Shown piece after piece: positions 12,118 through 24,086 of a stretch of DNA of 58,570 bases. The first letter of the stretch is position 1. The number at the start of each line of letters is the position of its first letter. The position numbers and the translations under genes are program-made. The stretch is taken from positions 1 through 58,570 of the forward strand of contig MQRK01172106.1 in assembly GCA_001938485.1 (NCBI GenBank), written 5' to 3'. The notes under the pieces were generated by a model. That model had not been told where the DNA came from, did no database searches, and was given only the letters and a program-made list of their open reading frames with translations. The stretch is from Girardia tigrina. Taxonomy: Eukaryota.

Positions 12118-13030
12118 TTAACCTTAATCCTAACCTTATATAAATGAAATGTTGATATTATTATTATAACGAAAATTTGCAACTTTATACTAAATTGATT
12201 TTTAGCAATATAATTAGGAACTAAGTGATAGAAATCGTCCTTTGTCAATTTAATTTATGTTATTAGTATTTGTGGTGTTGAAAAAAAACTATTAAAATTT
12301 TTTGTTTAAAAAAACTAAAAAATTAATTAAAATGTGTAAAAAATTCAATTTATAATTTCTTTTTGAAATAAATGTGTGACGATTCGATTTTGTTTTTGTC
12401 ACATTGAAATTTTGATGAGTTATATTTCAAACCACACTGTGTGGCAGCGGACTCGAGTGGCCAGATCACATGCGCCATCACCACACACAATTTGGCGACG
12501 CATGGTGGATCCCCACGACCTCACCAACCACGCACTCGAGTAACGTGTCGACGAACCGAACGAACAACCCACCACATAGAGTCTTATCGGCGGTCACAGC
12601 AACGAAGACGAGGTACGGGAAGCCGCAGCGTTTCGAACTAAACACCGTTACTTAGCGGTACTCCGACCGGCACCGGCCGAGCGACGATTTCCCGCATGAG
12701 AGGCCTTCACAGCCCCATCTGGAGGCCAGTACTATAGCATTTTTAAAAATATTTTCACGAAATGCCTTGTAGGAATCATCCTATTCGGAATTATTCGATT
12801 TCGGTGTTGATTTAATAATTTAACGACGTGCATGGTTTTCGGTCAATATCATCGGTTTTTTAGCGTCTTTTGGCAAAGGTAATGTACCAACAGACCCGTC
12901 TCGATGCGGGCTATACAGATTTACGCACTTACATGGATTCCCTCCGGGTACCCCGAAATTTTCCATTTTGATCATAGCGTGACTGATAAACAAACAAACA
13001 CACTTTTTAGACAAATATATTATATATTTT
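12118..13030. mobile_element. Helitron/Helentron-like repeat, copy 2, interrupted by a ~509-bp insertion
   Basis: Matches copy 1 on both sides of 12241-12749; ends with AAACAAACAAACAC and a TA-rich tail, as seen in Helitron-derived non-autonomous repeats. Confidence 0.5.
12432..12740 (+). ncRNA. Putative structured ncRNA, island C (unknown family, possibly 3'-truncated)
   Basis: Helices ACTCGAGTG/CACTCGAGT, ATGCG/CGCAT, CGGGAA/TTCCCG, ACCGTTA/TAGCGGT and GGCCTTCA/TGGAGGCC (G-U pairs on +); C/A-rich loops. Confidence 0.55.
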
Positions 13031-13310
13031 TAGAAATTTTTTATTTTAATACATTGGTATAAAAATTTTACTTAATAGAAACTTATTTTAAGGATTTTCA
13101 TTTTTGAAAACTTTCAATTGATCATATTAATAATTTAATCTAAAATGTTGCTAAAAAATTATTTGAATGATTTTTATTTTAAAAACTTTTATTTAATCTA
13201 TATATAAGAGATAATAAGAAGACGAAGCGTTTCTAGATCATAATCCCATCATAAGGAGATTAAACTAATTAATGTGTATTAAACTAAGACATTATACGGG
13301 ACTATGCAAT

Positions 13311-13692
13311 AATTAAAAAAAAATTTTATCAATAAATCATTGAATTAAAATGAATTTACATCATTTTTCCTGAAAATTGAGCAAAGGTTCATCAAACGTG
13401 GTCAATAACATTACCACAAACCACACATTTTTTTTTGGAAAATTTTAAAGAAAATAAAAAGAGGTATTTATAAGAAAAATGAAATATATTTGCCAAACAA
13501 AGTGTCCATTCGACCATGCCACTGATTTTTTAAGTCTAAATTTTATTGACTTACTAAACTTTGGCTGTAGGCCATACAAAAGCCCTCCATATCACTCTGA
13601 ATCAATTAAAAAAACATTTTATCAATAAATCATTGAATTAAAATGAATTTACATCATTTTTCCTGAAAATTGAGCAGAAGTTCATCAAACGT
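13311..13692 (+). repeat. Local ~88-bp direct duplication
   Basis: 13311-13399 and 13605-13692 are nearly identical (ATTTTATCAATAAATCATTGAATTAAAATGAATTTACATCATTTTTCCTGAAAATTGAGCA...). Confidence 0.9.
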
Positions 13693-14820
13693 AATCAAAA
13701 CCATAATGTGGAAATTTCGATGCGCATCTTGGAAGAGTTCTATTTTAACTAAAATCAATTCTTCGAAGACAACGTAAAATGTCTGCGGCAGATTTAATAG
13801 GACGGCAAATCATGGCCTCGATTCTATGCTCAAACGAGTTCATTTGTGGAAAAACATTTTATACAATAATCAAAGAGCTAAAATAATTGAATAAAAAAGA
13901 AGAAATACTTTTATTATAGAATGCAACAGTTCCAAAGTACCTCAGTTAGTTCACGCAGACCAAATCAAGTTCTAATATATAAAGAAGAGGAAGAAGAAAA
14001 AGTATACGACGAAGAAAGTGATGAACGGAGTACAAGGAATTCAGAAAATCAAACTTTAAGAAGTGAAAGAAACTAGAACGAACTACAAATCAATTACAAG
14101 ACTAAGGAAAATAAATTTGCATATATATAATTATTATAAAACGTATAACAATGAGAAGTTGTTTAAATATGTGATAAACACGCACAGTTTAATAAATAAA
14201 TCATAATAGGCTTAATGACTTATCATCAGTTTTAAAAATTTAGTTTATATCTTAACAAAATTAATAATTTAAACATTTAAATATATTACATTGAAATTTA
14301 AAATGTAAATCATGCTCGAACAATTACTCATCACGTACATCCAAATTACCAACTTTCCACGCGGGTCGCGGAAACACATTTCCAAATACCAAATTCAACA
14401 CACCAATTTTAAAATATTCCCCACAATCATAAAAGAAAAATGCGAATTTAAGTTATTTATTATAATTTTCCATTCCTTAAATTTATTTTATGTCTCATTG
14501 TGAGAAAAATTCTATTTTGTATTATTTATTTATTTTTAAGATTTATATAATTAAAATAAAAACTGATAATGTCAGGATTTTGCTTTTAATGAAGGAAATT
14601 TACATCTAACACTTCTGTTAAGTGATATTTGATTTATATTTAATTAGAATTAAGATAACTGAATAGAAATAAAAATGTATTTTTATTTTTTTCTACTTTC
14701 AGGATTACCAGAAAATAATTATTTTATTTTTTATTACATTTTAATCTTCTTGTTCATCATTTGAGAATAAAAGATTTTATTGCTTTTTTTCCTTTTTTAT
14801 GGAAATAATTTTAAATAACT

Positions 14821-15145
14821 TGAAGCGACGGCCAACGTTTGTGCAGAGAGGCACCGGTGGAAAAGAGTGACCAACCGCGACGACGTCAACCAGTAATTCC
14901 ACATATATAGAGCTCGTCGGTCGGCGGATCGCTTCGGATCGGTACCGCAGCCGATTCGCACCAGTTCCCCTTCATGCATCGCCAAATGTGGAGCGATGGG
15001 TACCGCTCGAAACAGTGAGCAGTTTACTCTATCCAGTCACTCAACATTGGATAGTCTCGTCGGTGGGGTAATGTGTACCAGCAGTGCACCGCAGGTCGAA
15101 ACGCGGCGGTATTGAGCTCAGTCGGATCTATTCAATCCGTCGTTT
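14821..15145 (+). ncRNA. Putative structured ncRNA, island D (unknown family)
   Basis: Ends pair (AAGCGACGG 14823 / CCGTCGTTT 15137, one G-U); internal CGGTACC/GGTACCG, CATCGC/GCGATG, GCTC/GAGC, CTATCCAGT/ATTGGATAG and CCGC/GCGG. Confidence 0.55.
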
Positions 15146-15549
15146 AATAGTATAATTCGGCAAAGTCAGCATTTTAATGATTAAAAATCAGTGAAAGAGA
15201 TAGAACAAATAAGAGAACGTACAACTAATAATTCTTTATTTTTCTTATTCTCACGACGATACAGCGATTCCAAATATCACCATATTTTATTTATTACATT
15301 TTAAAAAAAGTTTTTCTTTTATTAGTTTTTTTCTTCATTTATTTGGATGATTTTTTCTCAGTTAGTTTTATGATGTTCTTTCGAGCACCACATCACTGAT
15401 TTCCCCAACTTTTAAGATAAAATATATTAAACGAAGCGATAATTTAATCTATAAAAATATAATAATATAACTTAAAATTCATTCTAATGAACAATAGTGA
15501 GGCGGTAAAACTCAGTAAGACAATTTATGAGCATAACCTCTTAAAAATC

Positions 15550-17112
15550 ATCAATAATCCCTTTGATAATTATTGAAATGTTATTATATTTTACTCAACA
15601 ACTAATTTCTGAACTTTTCCAAGAATTTCCATAATGAAGGAAATTCATAACCCAAATTCATATGTATTCGGACACGTAAAATAATTTTTATTAAAAATTT
15701 TAAATTATAAATAATAAATACTAAATACTGGTATTATAGATGAACTAATTTAATATTTTACGATATTCTATTTACAATTCTAAAATAATTTGTAGAAATT
15801 AAATAAAAAATTTATATAATAAAAATTTTATTCGCGTTTTACAATTTGTTCTCTAATTCAAAAGAATTCGGATACTTAATAAAAATTATAATATAAATAT
15901 AGACAATAAATTATTTAAAATTCAATATAGATTATTTGTAAAAACATATATAGTTATTATTTTTTAAATATTTGAGTCTATTAAATTTTCGTTTTTTTAT
16001 AAAAAAATGGTTCGTGTAAAAAAGATGGATACTGAAATCCGTGAGAAAATATCTGTCATGTATGTTAAAGGAAATTCAATAAGGGAAATTTCACAAATTT
16101 TAGATACAAGAAAAGCGATGGTGTAATATAGCATTAACAAAGCTAAATATCGTAAGAATGACTCATTTCCAAAGAAATCTGAACTACCACAGTTGAATTC
16201 CGCTACTGATAACAGGTGTTTGAAGAGATTAATTCCTCAATATCGTCGTGCTACTGTTCAAGTAATCAAAGAGAAATGGAGTATGCAAACAGACTTTTGT
16301 TCTTCTCCGTCAACTTGTCTACGTTGAATACATGAATTAAATTATTCATTCTATAAGGTAAGATTTTCTTAATGATATATAATCATTAAGTAACATTTTT
16401 TAGGCCAAAACAAACCATTTTTGACATCTATTTATAAGAAAAAGATACTTAAATGGGCTTATAATTGGAATAAAGTTATTTTTAGACGTATTTCGTTTTG
16501 AATTGCGCATGGGCCAAAATGAAAAATTGGTCTTAAGTACTGAGTCCTTATTATCTGACTGATTACACCGAACTCTGAAATTTTCTGAGAGTGAATTGAA
16601 TTGGGGCTGTATGACAAGCGAAGTACTTGGCAGTCTTCATTTTATAGATGACACAATTAACGTCACAAAATATACCGAAATATTAACAGAGTCTCATTTC
16701 ATCTATTACACAATATTTAGACAATGAAAATTTCATTTTATAACAAGATGAATCATATTGTCTTACATCTATGTTTACAAAAACTTGGATGATGAAAGAC
16801 AGTATTTCCTTCTAGAAAAAGCCTTCAAAAAGCCCAGATTAAAGTCATATAAAGAATGTTTGAGCTATTATGAAAAAGAATAATAAAATAAAATTGATTG
16901 GAAGAACAAACTTTTAGCGACATGGAATTCTAATTCAATAAATAGAAGAATGGAAGATAAAAGCAACGGAAGATGTTACAAGATTATAAATAGTATGTGT
17001 CGAATTCTTTTGAATTCAGAATGCATATGAATTTGGGTAGTTTATAGGCTTGTTGAACAACAAAAACATCAATGTAACTCCTTTAAACAATATCAAATCG
17101 AGGGTTCTGATA
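15550..17112 (+). mobile_element. Decayed Tc1-family transposon with intron-containing transposase
   Basis: ATG at 16007 starts an HTH-like MVRVKKMDTEIREKISVMYVKGNSIREISQIL; WGCMTSEVLGSLHFIDDTIN, QD and SPD motifs follow; inverted repeats ACCCAAATTCATATG (15650) and CATATGAATTTGGGT (~17024). Outer limits approximate. Confidence 0.85.
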
Positions 17113-18431
17113 TAATAAACAAATGATTTTAACATTTAATGAATGTTTTATGTGTAACTTAGTACAAATCAACCTCTACATTTTTGCTTTTAGTAAAGGA
17201 TTCGAAAGAGCAAGCCAAATCTATTTCTTGTGCACATTCAATTGCATTTATATACATTTTTATTGTAAATTAAGCATCATATTTCTTTTTATTTTTTCTG
17301 GTCATTATGACATTAACAATAGGTTACGCTTTTATTTAATATACCATATATTGTGTTTAGTTCATTGAATAGGGAGGGACCGCCCTTAAGTAATCACTTG
17401 AATATTCCTGCTACTTCTGCGTTTATATTTGTAATTTTGTCTGGTAAAGTATCATTATAGAACAGAAAGTCTACTTTGAACGTGACATTTTGTATTTAGA
17501 AGATAACTGGAGTAAAATATTATGAATTGTGAGATATTTATTCACCTATATTTCGAGCTATGAAAGTGAAAGCTTCGTTCACTAGATAGATTTAACATGT
17601 ACGATATTACTTGTATAGTTAAAATGGAGTCTTCGTTTGTTTGGATTCTGTAGTTTTGGTTATATACTTTATAATGGTAAGGCGTTTTATAATATCTTTA
17701 TTATTCCAAATAACATTTTATTCAAATTTGATTTCTGAAAGAAGTAGACTCCCAGAATCACTAAGTTTTTCTTTAGCAATGTTTTTCTTCACATTATACA
17801 TCACTGCTTTCTGAAGTAGATTTACACTCCTCCGAAAATAAAACATTCAAATTTTTTGAAGCCAGTAATGATCTACCTATGTTTAAAGTATCAAAATTAC
17901 TGCTAAACATTTATGGTTAAAACTATGAGAAATATTTTCACATCTCAACATTTTATTTAGTTAAAACTGAGAATTTATTAATATTCATTTCCCACTTATT
18001 TAAATTTAATTTTTTAAAAAATATAAATCCAGATTTAATGAGTAGATGTATTACTCATTCTTTTTTTGTAAGAGGTGTTTGTAAAATCATTTTCAGAAAT
18101 CATTTCTACTCAAATTATATATACATTATAAACAATTTTCAAACAAAATTTTTAACTATTTTCTTAATAATCGATTCGCTGATCTCTATTTTTCCAATAA
18201 TTCTTTTAAAATTTTAATCAAATCAAAACAGTATTTAATGTTTCAATTTTTAAATTTTGAATGAAAATATTTATGACAATTATTATTTTAACATATTGTG
18301 ACAACGAATAACAAATCTATAAAATTTATTTTTCACTAACAAATACTTTTAAATAGATATTATTTAAACAAATAATTATCTATATTTTTTCATGTTAAAT
18401 ATTTCATTTAATAAATAAATTCAACATGTAA

Positions 18432-20640
18432 CACTCCCCCCAGATTCTTCGTCACAAGAATCTATATCTACTACATACTCGTTCAAATAATTCGGTTTTC
18501 GTCTTTCTCTTTTGGGTCTGTTGCTGATTCCCTATTCACTTTGCATAATACTCGAGGCTGATTCGTTGTTATTTTCCAACATGTAATCCGAGTAAGAGTT
18601 TCGCGGCAGGTCTGGTTGTCTTGGTCGAATATCTGCTATATGCCGTGGATAGCAAAAACCATCACAATTTATTAAGTACTTTCTTTGATCCAATTTTCTA
18701 ACGACAACACCTCTTGTCCATTGCTTTGTACATGGCATATTATTTTCAGGCTTTACCCAGACCAACTGTTGCTCTACGAAGTCTGTCTTTACCTTATTGT
18801 AAACCGGCTGCTTTTCAATTCTTTCGATTATCTCCAAACCGACTGGAATGTACTTGTAAAGTGCTGAACTAGGTGCCTCCTTTCCGTCGGACGGTGTATT
18901 GTTATACCACCATAAGGCTTCCATGATACTAATATTCGATCGAGACGCAATTCTCTTGATTGTCTTATGATTTCTCTCTATTATTCCGTTGCAATTTGAT
19001 CGATTAATAGCACGGTATAGGACATGTACATTCTACTTTTTCATCAACTTGCTGAATTCGGATGAATGAAATGTCGTATAATTGTCAATAATCAACTCCC
19101 TTGGAGATACCCGCTCGCAGAACAAATTTGAAAACTCTGTAACAATCGACTTGACATCCTCAGCTTTGATTAGTTTCCCTACTGCAAATTGAGAGGGTCC
19201 ACAATCAATGATACTTAAGAATTTTTGTTGATCAAATTTTGTGACATCCGCTGCAGGTCTTGTCCAGTTTTCATTGACAGCTAATTTTCCAGTTTCCCAT
19301 TTTATTGGCGACGGATCAATAGATTGGCGACTTTGACACTTCGAGATCAAATCCTTTATATCCGTATTTGACACATTTATTTCCAACTTATCGCACAGAT
19401 ATCGCATTCTCTTTGCACCTAAATGACATCTGTCATGAAGTTTCTGTAGTTTGAATAGGTCATCTGTTACAGACAAAAGGCAACTGCTTCGTTTTAATTG
19501 ATTGGATATTCTTGTCAGTTCATCAGCCTTGTTGTCTTCACTATTAACAAACTCAATTTTCAAAGTTATTTCGTATTCCTGGAACAACTCCTTAATCATT
19601 GACAATCGGCGCTTTATCAAAAGCTCGGAAGAGGCTTTCGTATGTAATTTATTTCGCTCTGATAGTGCCTCAGTTATCCAAAAACAACTGATTTGTTATC
19701 TGATTTTATTACAACATTCGTTAGTCCCCATTTAATACACAGATTTAGACCCTTTACAACTGCTTCTAGTTCTGCTACGTTTATGTCCCTAGAATCGTCA
19801 GTTTTCCTTAACCATGATGCATCTTCTATAATATTTCCTTTAACTTCCAATGCTGCCCCAATGGCTATCGAACTGGCATCACACCATATGATACCGTCTT
19901 TACAATCATCAATACTCCATATTCCTGTATAAGGATCTTCCTCCTTAACTTTTTTCAAAACAAATTTGATTTTCTCAAATAATTCGACATCTATTTTCTC
20001 ATCCCATTTTCCTTCACTGAGCCTTTTCATGTAGGAGCATGATGGACGTAGCCAACCAGCAACAATGTGGATTTCTACTAATTGGCCACACAGCGAATAT
20101 AACTCGCGACGCAATATTGATTTGGCAACTATCTCGTCCTTGAAATGATTATCTCTCATCCATCTCACCGAATTCTTATCTTTAAAGACTTTAACTCCCA
20201 ACATTCGCACCTCTTTATCCATTGAGAGATCTTCTGGTTTTTTGCATTTAAGACTAAATTTCTCGGACAGCATTCTAATTTCAACAATTGTGATTGTAGA
20301 TTCGTCAACGTAAATGTCATCGATGTACGAGTCGGTGTTTTCACGTGCTCTAAGATCAAAATTTAAAATCCACTTGACAATTTCAGTCATAATGGTTGGA
20401 GCGATATTTAAACCAAAGCCCATCATGGTAAGAGCGTACTTTTTCCATTAATGATGCATGATTGATAACGCAACATTTCCTTGTGAACGCGAATCTACCT
20501 ATACGCCTCTGATAAATCAAGCATGGAAAATCTTGATCCTTTTTGTCGCCAGGTGCGAAGTCTTTCCAAACATATATCTGCTGAGCCACTGTACACGTCT
20601 ACATAATTGTTTAATTTCCTAAAATCAAAAATCGGTCTTT
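18432..20640 (-). mobile_element. Gypsy/Ty3-type LTR retrotransposon pol (RT-RNase H-integrase), frameshifted, with polypurine tract
   Basis: RPIFDFRKLN, FGLNIAP and YIDD (RT); WCDAS, AELEA and NKADELTR (RNase H); H-H-C zinc-finger remnant and DDE core (integrase); GGGGGGAG tract followed by TGTT at ~18441-18430. Confidence 0.9.
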
Positions 20641-23585
20641 GATTTGAAAAGAAACGCTCATTTGAATGCTTTCCATGTGAAATTGCGTTTTAAATGCTTT
20701 TATTGGTATCTGCTGACACAATGCGTATGTTTTTTTATATTTATCTTGCCAGACAATATATGAATAGCAAGTTGCGTTTAAAGAAACATACAAAATGCTA
20801 GCCGACTTTATCCTTGTTAACTCTCGTCAACAGGCCTCAAAGACAGTCGATGATACACGCTCGCCAGTTCGAATTGGTAGATCTAGCTTTTGAATCAAAT
20901 CGAGCCTAATGTGTCAAAGTGAAAAAAATTCCTCCAAAGATTTAAACTCAAACAAAAACCGGAAATTACTATTATACTGATCATACTTTAAGTTATGTTG
21001 TCATTAAGACTGAATAAATCAAATTGCGAATTTTGTTTCTTAATCAGTATAGTGTTCTAGCACTTTTTCAAAAAGAATAACGTTTTAATAAATGATGACA
21101 AAATGCCTCCCCTAAAATTCCGACAACCTCTCCATTCATTACCTTGCCACACTCTAAAGTAAGAGCACAACATAAAATTTACAAAAAAATATCAAACAAA
21201 ACAACATTCAAAAATATTCTTCATAGTCCTTTCAATATGTATTCCTGATTGATTCCTTTATTTGTTATATATATAATGGTTTTTTGTTCATTAATGTGTA
21301 AAATAATAAAATAATTTTCAAGACATGATTATTTTATGAGGTAAAAGCCATTGAATTTTATATTGAATTTAACAGCAGTGCTTCTATCAAAAATAAAATG
21401 TATTCTAAGATTAAGTGGAAAATAAATTTCTTTCCATGTTCACTCTACCTGTATATGGAAAGCACTCAAGATAATAATTCATAATAATTCATATCAAATA
21501 TGGGGTGGGCGCCAAAGACACTCAAAAATTGAATACATATGTTATTAAGTAATTTTGTTACAGGTAAAATAAAGGACAAAAAAGAAAACAAAAATATTAT
21601 GGTTATGGTTTTTAATTGAATATGTATGAATTTTTACCTTATATTCCCAACAATTTATTTAGGAAATATTTATTAAGTCAAACATTAAATCTTTATTTCT
21701 TTTTAGTCACTTTTATAATTATATAAAAAATACAAAGCTTATAGAAAAATCAAATACCCATTTTTGTTAAGAGCATTGTGACAATTATTATTAGAACATT
21801 TATTAGTATAACATTTAGAGTCATTACAACTCTCGAAGGTTCTTTCAGTTTGACATCATTCTAATTGATTTTATTTCTATTTTTATAATAATAACTATAA
21901 GTATTCGATCAATTTTTCTAAATCTTTCTAAAATATTTAATATATTCTAATTTTTAAAAATAGTTATTAGATTAATAATTTTAACCATTTTAATATAAGA
22001 ACTTGTGAGATTCTAGAAGAAATAAAATGAGACTTGCAAATTTTATTTTCAAAAATAACTCTGATCTCGACTTTTGACGATTTAAACAAACGACATTTTA
22101 TTTATCCCACAGAACTCTAAATAAAAATATTTTATCAAATTCTAAAATGAATTTAAATTTAAATTTCATTATTTTTTATGTCCATTAAAATACTTTTCTT
22201 TTTTTTACAATATGAAACTTGATTTTAATTGTTCATAGTCTGATAAGTTTAAATTTTTGAAATTATCATTTCGTTATTTTTATTCTAATTAGGTTCGAAT
22301 AGTCAATCATCATAAATACAAAATAAAATACCAATTTCCATCTGGGTGGGAGAATCATCATTCTAAGTTCAACATACTCAAATCAACACACTAGATTGAC
22401 ATACAATTTAAATTATTTCTCATAATTTTGAATATTTTTATCGAGTTTACGTTTTATATCAGACTTTCTACTTCTTTGAGCTTATGTTCAAACTATTTGG
22501 TAGTTTATTTCATATCATTTCAGGAAAAATAATGTTGAAGGATTTAATAACATAATAAATAATAAAAATTATGATGATTTTAAAATCCTTAAATTATTCT
22601 TTTTGATTAACACTTAAGGTCATAACCATCCAAATTCTCGATACTGAAGGTCGGTCATTTCATGATAATAAGTACATAATTTATTGGTAAAAAAATTTTC
22701 ACAAACGTATCTTCATCATAATATTCTATTCTTTTGAATTTTACCAGAATTTATTTTTTTCCTCGAGGAAGTTTAAATTTTTGCAATTGTCCTTATGTAC
22801 TTTAATATATAAGCGTGCCTTTTTATTTTGGTGGACTGATGTAAATTCCGTTTTTAGCTTTTACTTGAAGGGACTTTACTCATAACTGAAAATTAGATTT
22901 TTCAAAAGATTACTTACTAAATAATTGCTCTTGAAACTCTTCTAAAGAATAATATCAAAAATAATTGACAGAACTGGTATTCTTAATGTGAATCAAAGCT
23001 CATTATACCTTAAAATCATTTTTATTATACTTATTATATTTCAAATATTTATGATAAGTACTGTGAGGAAAATTCTGTATGTTGTAAGTTTGTTGTTTGT
23101 ATGCTGTTTAGATTGGATACTCTCCCACTCAGATGGGATTGGTATGTTATAGATTAATTATTCAAATCTAATGAGATTAATTTATTAGATTAATGTTTAA
23201 ATACTAATTAATTAAAAAGTTTTCTAATTATTAATTTTTATAATATCTTTTTGTAAAACGATTTTAACTTATTGAATTTAAAATAATTTTTTAAAAAATG
23301 TTTATTTTAATTTACTAAATGTATATTTATCCAATAAAATTTTGAGAAATTAAGTTAATATTATTTATATCTAATTAATTAATCAAGGATTTGAATATAT
23401 ATGCAAAAAAATATATTAATCAAGAACGATGCTTCCCACAGAGAGGGCTACTGAAAATGAGTGTGTTAGTGTTGTTAATAATGTTTTCATGCAAATTGTG
23501 ATGTTGCTAATAAGTACATTTATTTTAACTTCAGTCAGTTCAATCGGATAAACTATACTTTCTGCTGGTATATTTACACGGGTGG

Positions 23586-23630
<45 letters not shown>

Positions 23631-24048
23631 NNNNNNNNNNNNNNNNNNNNNNNNNNNNNNNNNNNNNNNNNNNNNNNNNNNNNNNNNNNNNNNNNNNNNN
23701 NNNNNNNNNNNNNNNNNNNNNNNNNNNNNNNNNNNNNNNNNNNNNNNNNNNNNNNNNNNNNNNNNNNNNNNNNNNNNNNNNNNNNNNNNNNNNNNNNNNN
23801 NNNNNNNNNNNNNNNNNNNNNNNNNNNNNNNNNNNNNNNNNNNNNNNNNNNNNNNNNNNNNNNNNNNNNNNNNNNNNNNNNNNNNNNNNNNNNNNNNNNN
23901 NNNNNNNNNNNNNNNNNNNNNNNNNNNNNNNNNNNNNNNNNNNNNNNNNNNNNNNNNNNNNNNNNNNNNNNNNNNNNNNNNNNNNNNNNNNNNNNNNNNN
24001 NNNNNNNNNNNNNNNNNNNNNNNNNNNNNNNNNNNNNNNNNNNNNNNN

Positions 24049-24079
<31 letters not shown>
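23586..24079. repeat. (TA)n microsatellite spanning an N-gap
   Basis: TA runs on both sides of gap 23631-24048. Confidence 0.95.

Positions 24080-24086
<7 letters not shown>

Noticed and set aside
7566-12441. RSS-like heptamer CACTGTG at the 5' edge of islands A (7597) and C (12435), with T-rich nonamer-like sequence upstream
   Set aside because: Spacers are 22 and 35 nt, B and D lack the heptamer, T-runs are common here, and no RAG/Transib ORF is present. It is more simply a shared 5' motif of the family.
7510-14985. Short ORFs over the GC islands as exons of a protein gene
   Set aside because: No consistent frame or strand across paralogs, no splice sites at the island edges, and frame-shifting indels between shared motifs; such ORFs are expected from GC content.
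7616-15112. Islands as SRP (7SL) RNA copies (CAGGTCGAAACG in D; AACCGGC and CAAAAACTCCCCGTG in A)
   Set aside because: The helix-8 AGCAG partner and the Alu domain are missing and the motif order is inconsistent. A cmscan run should still confirm this.
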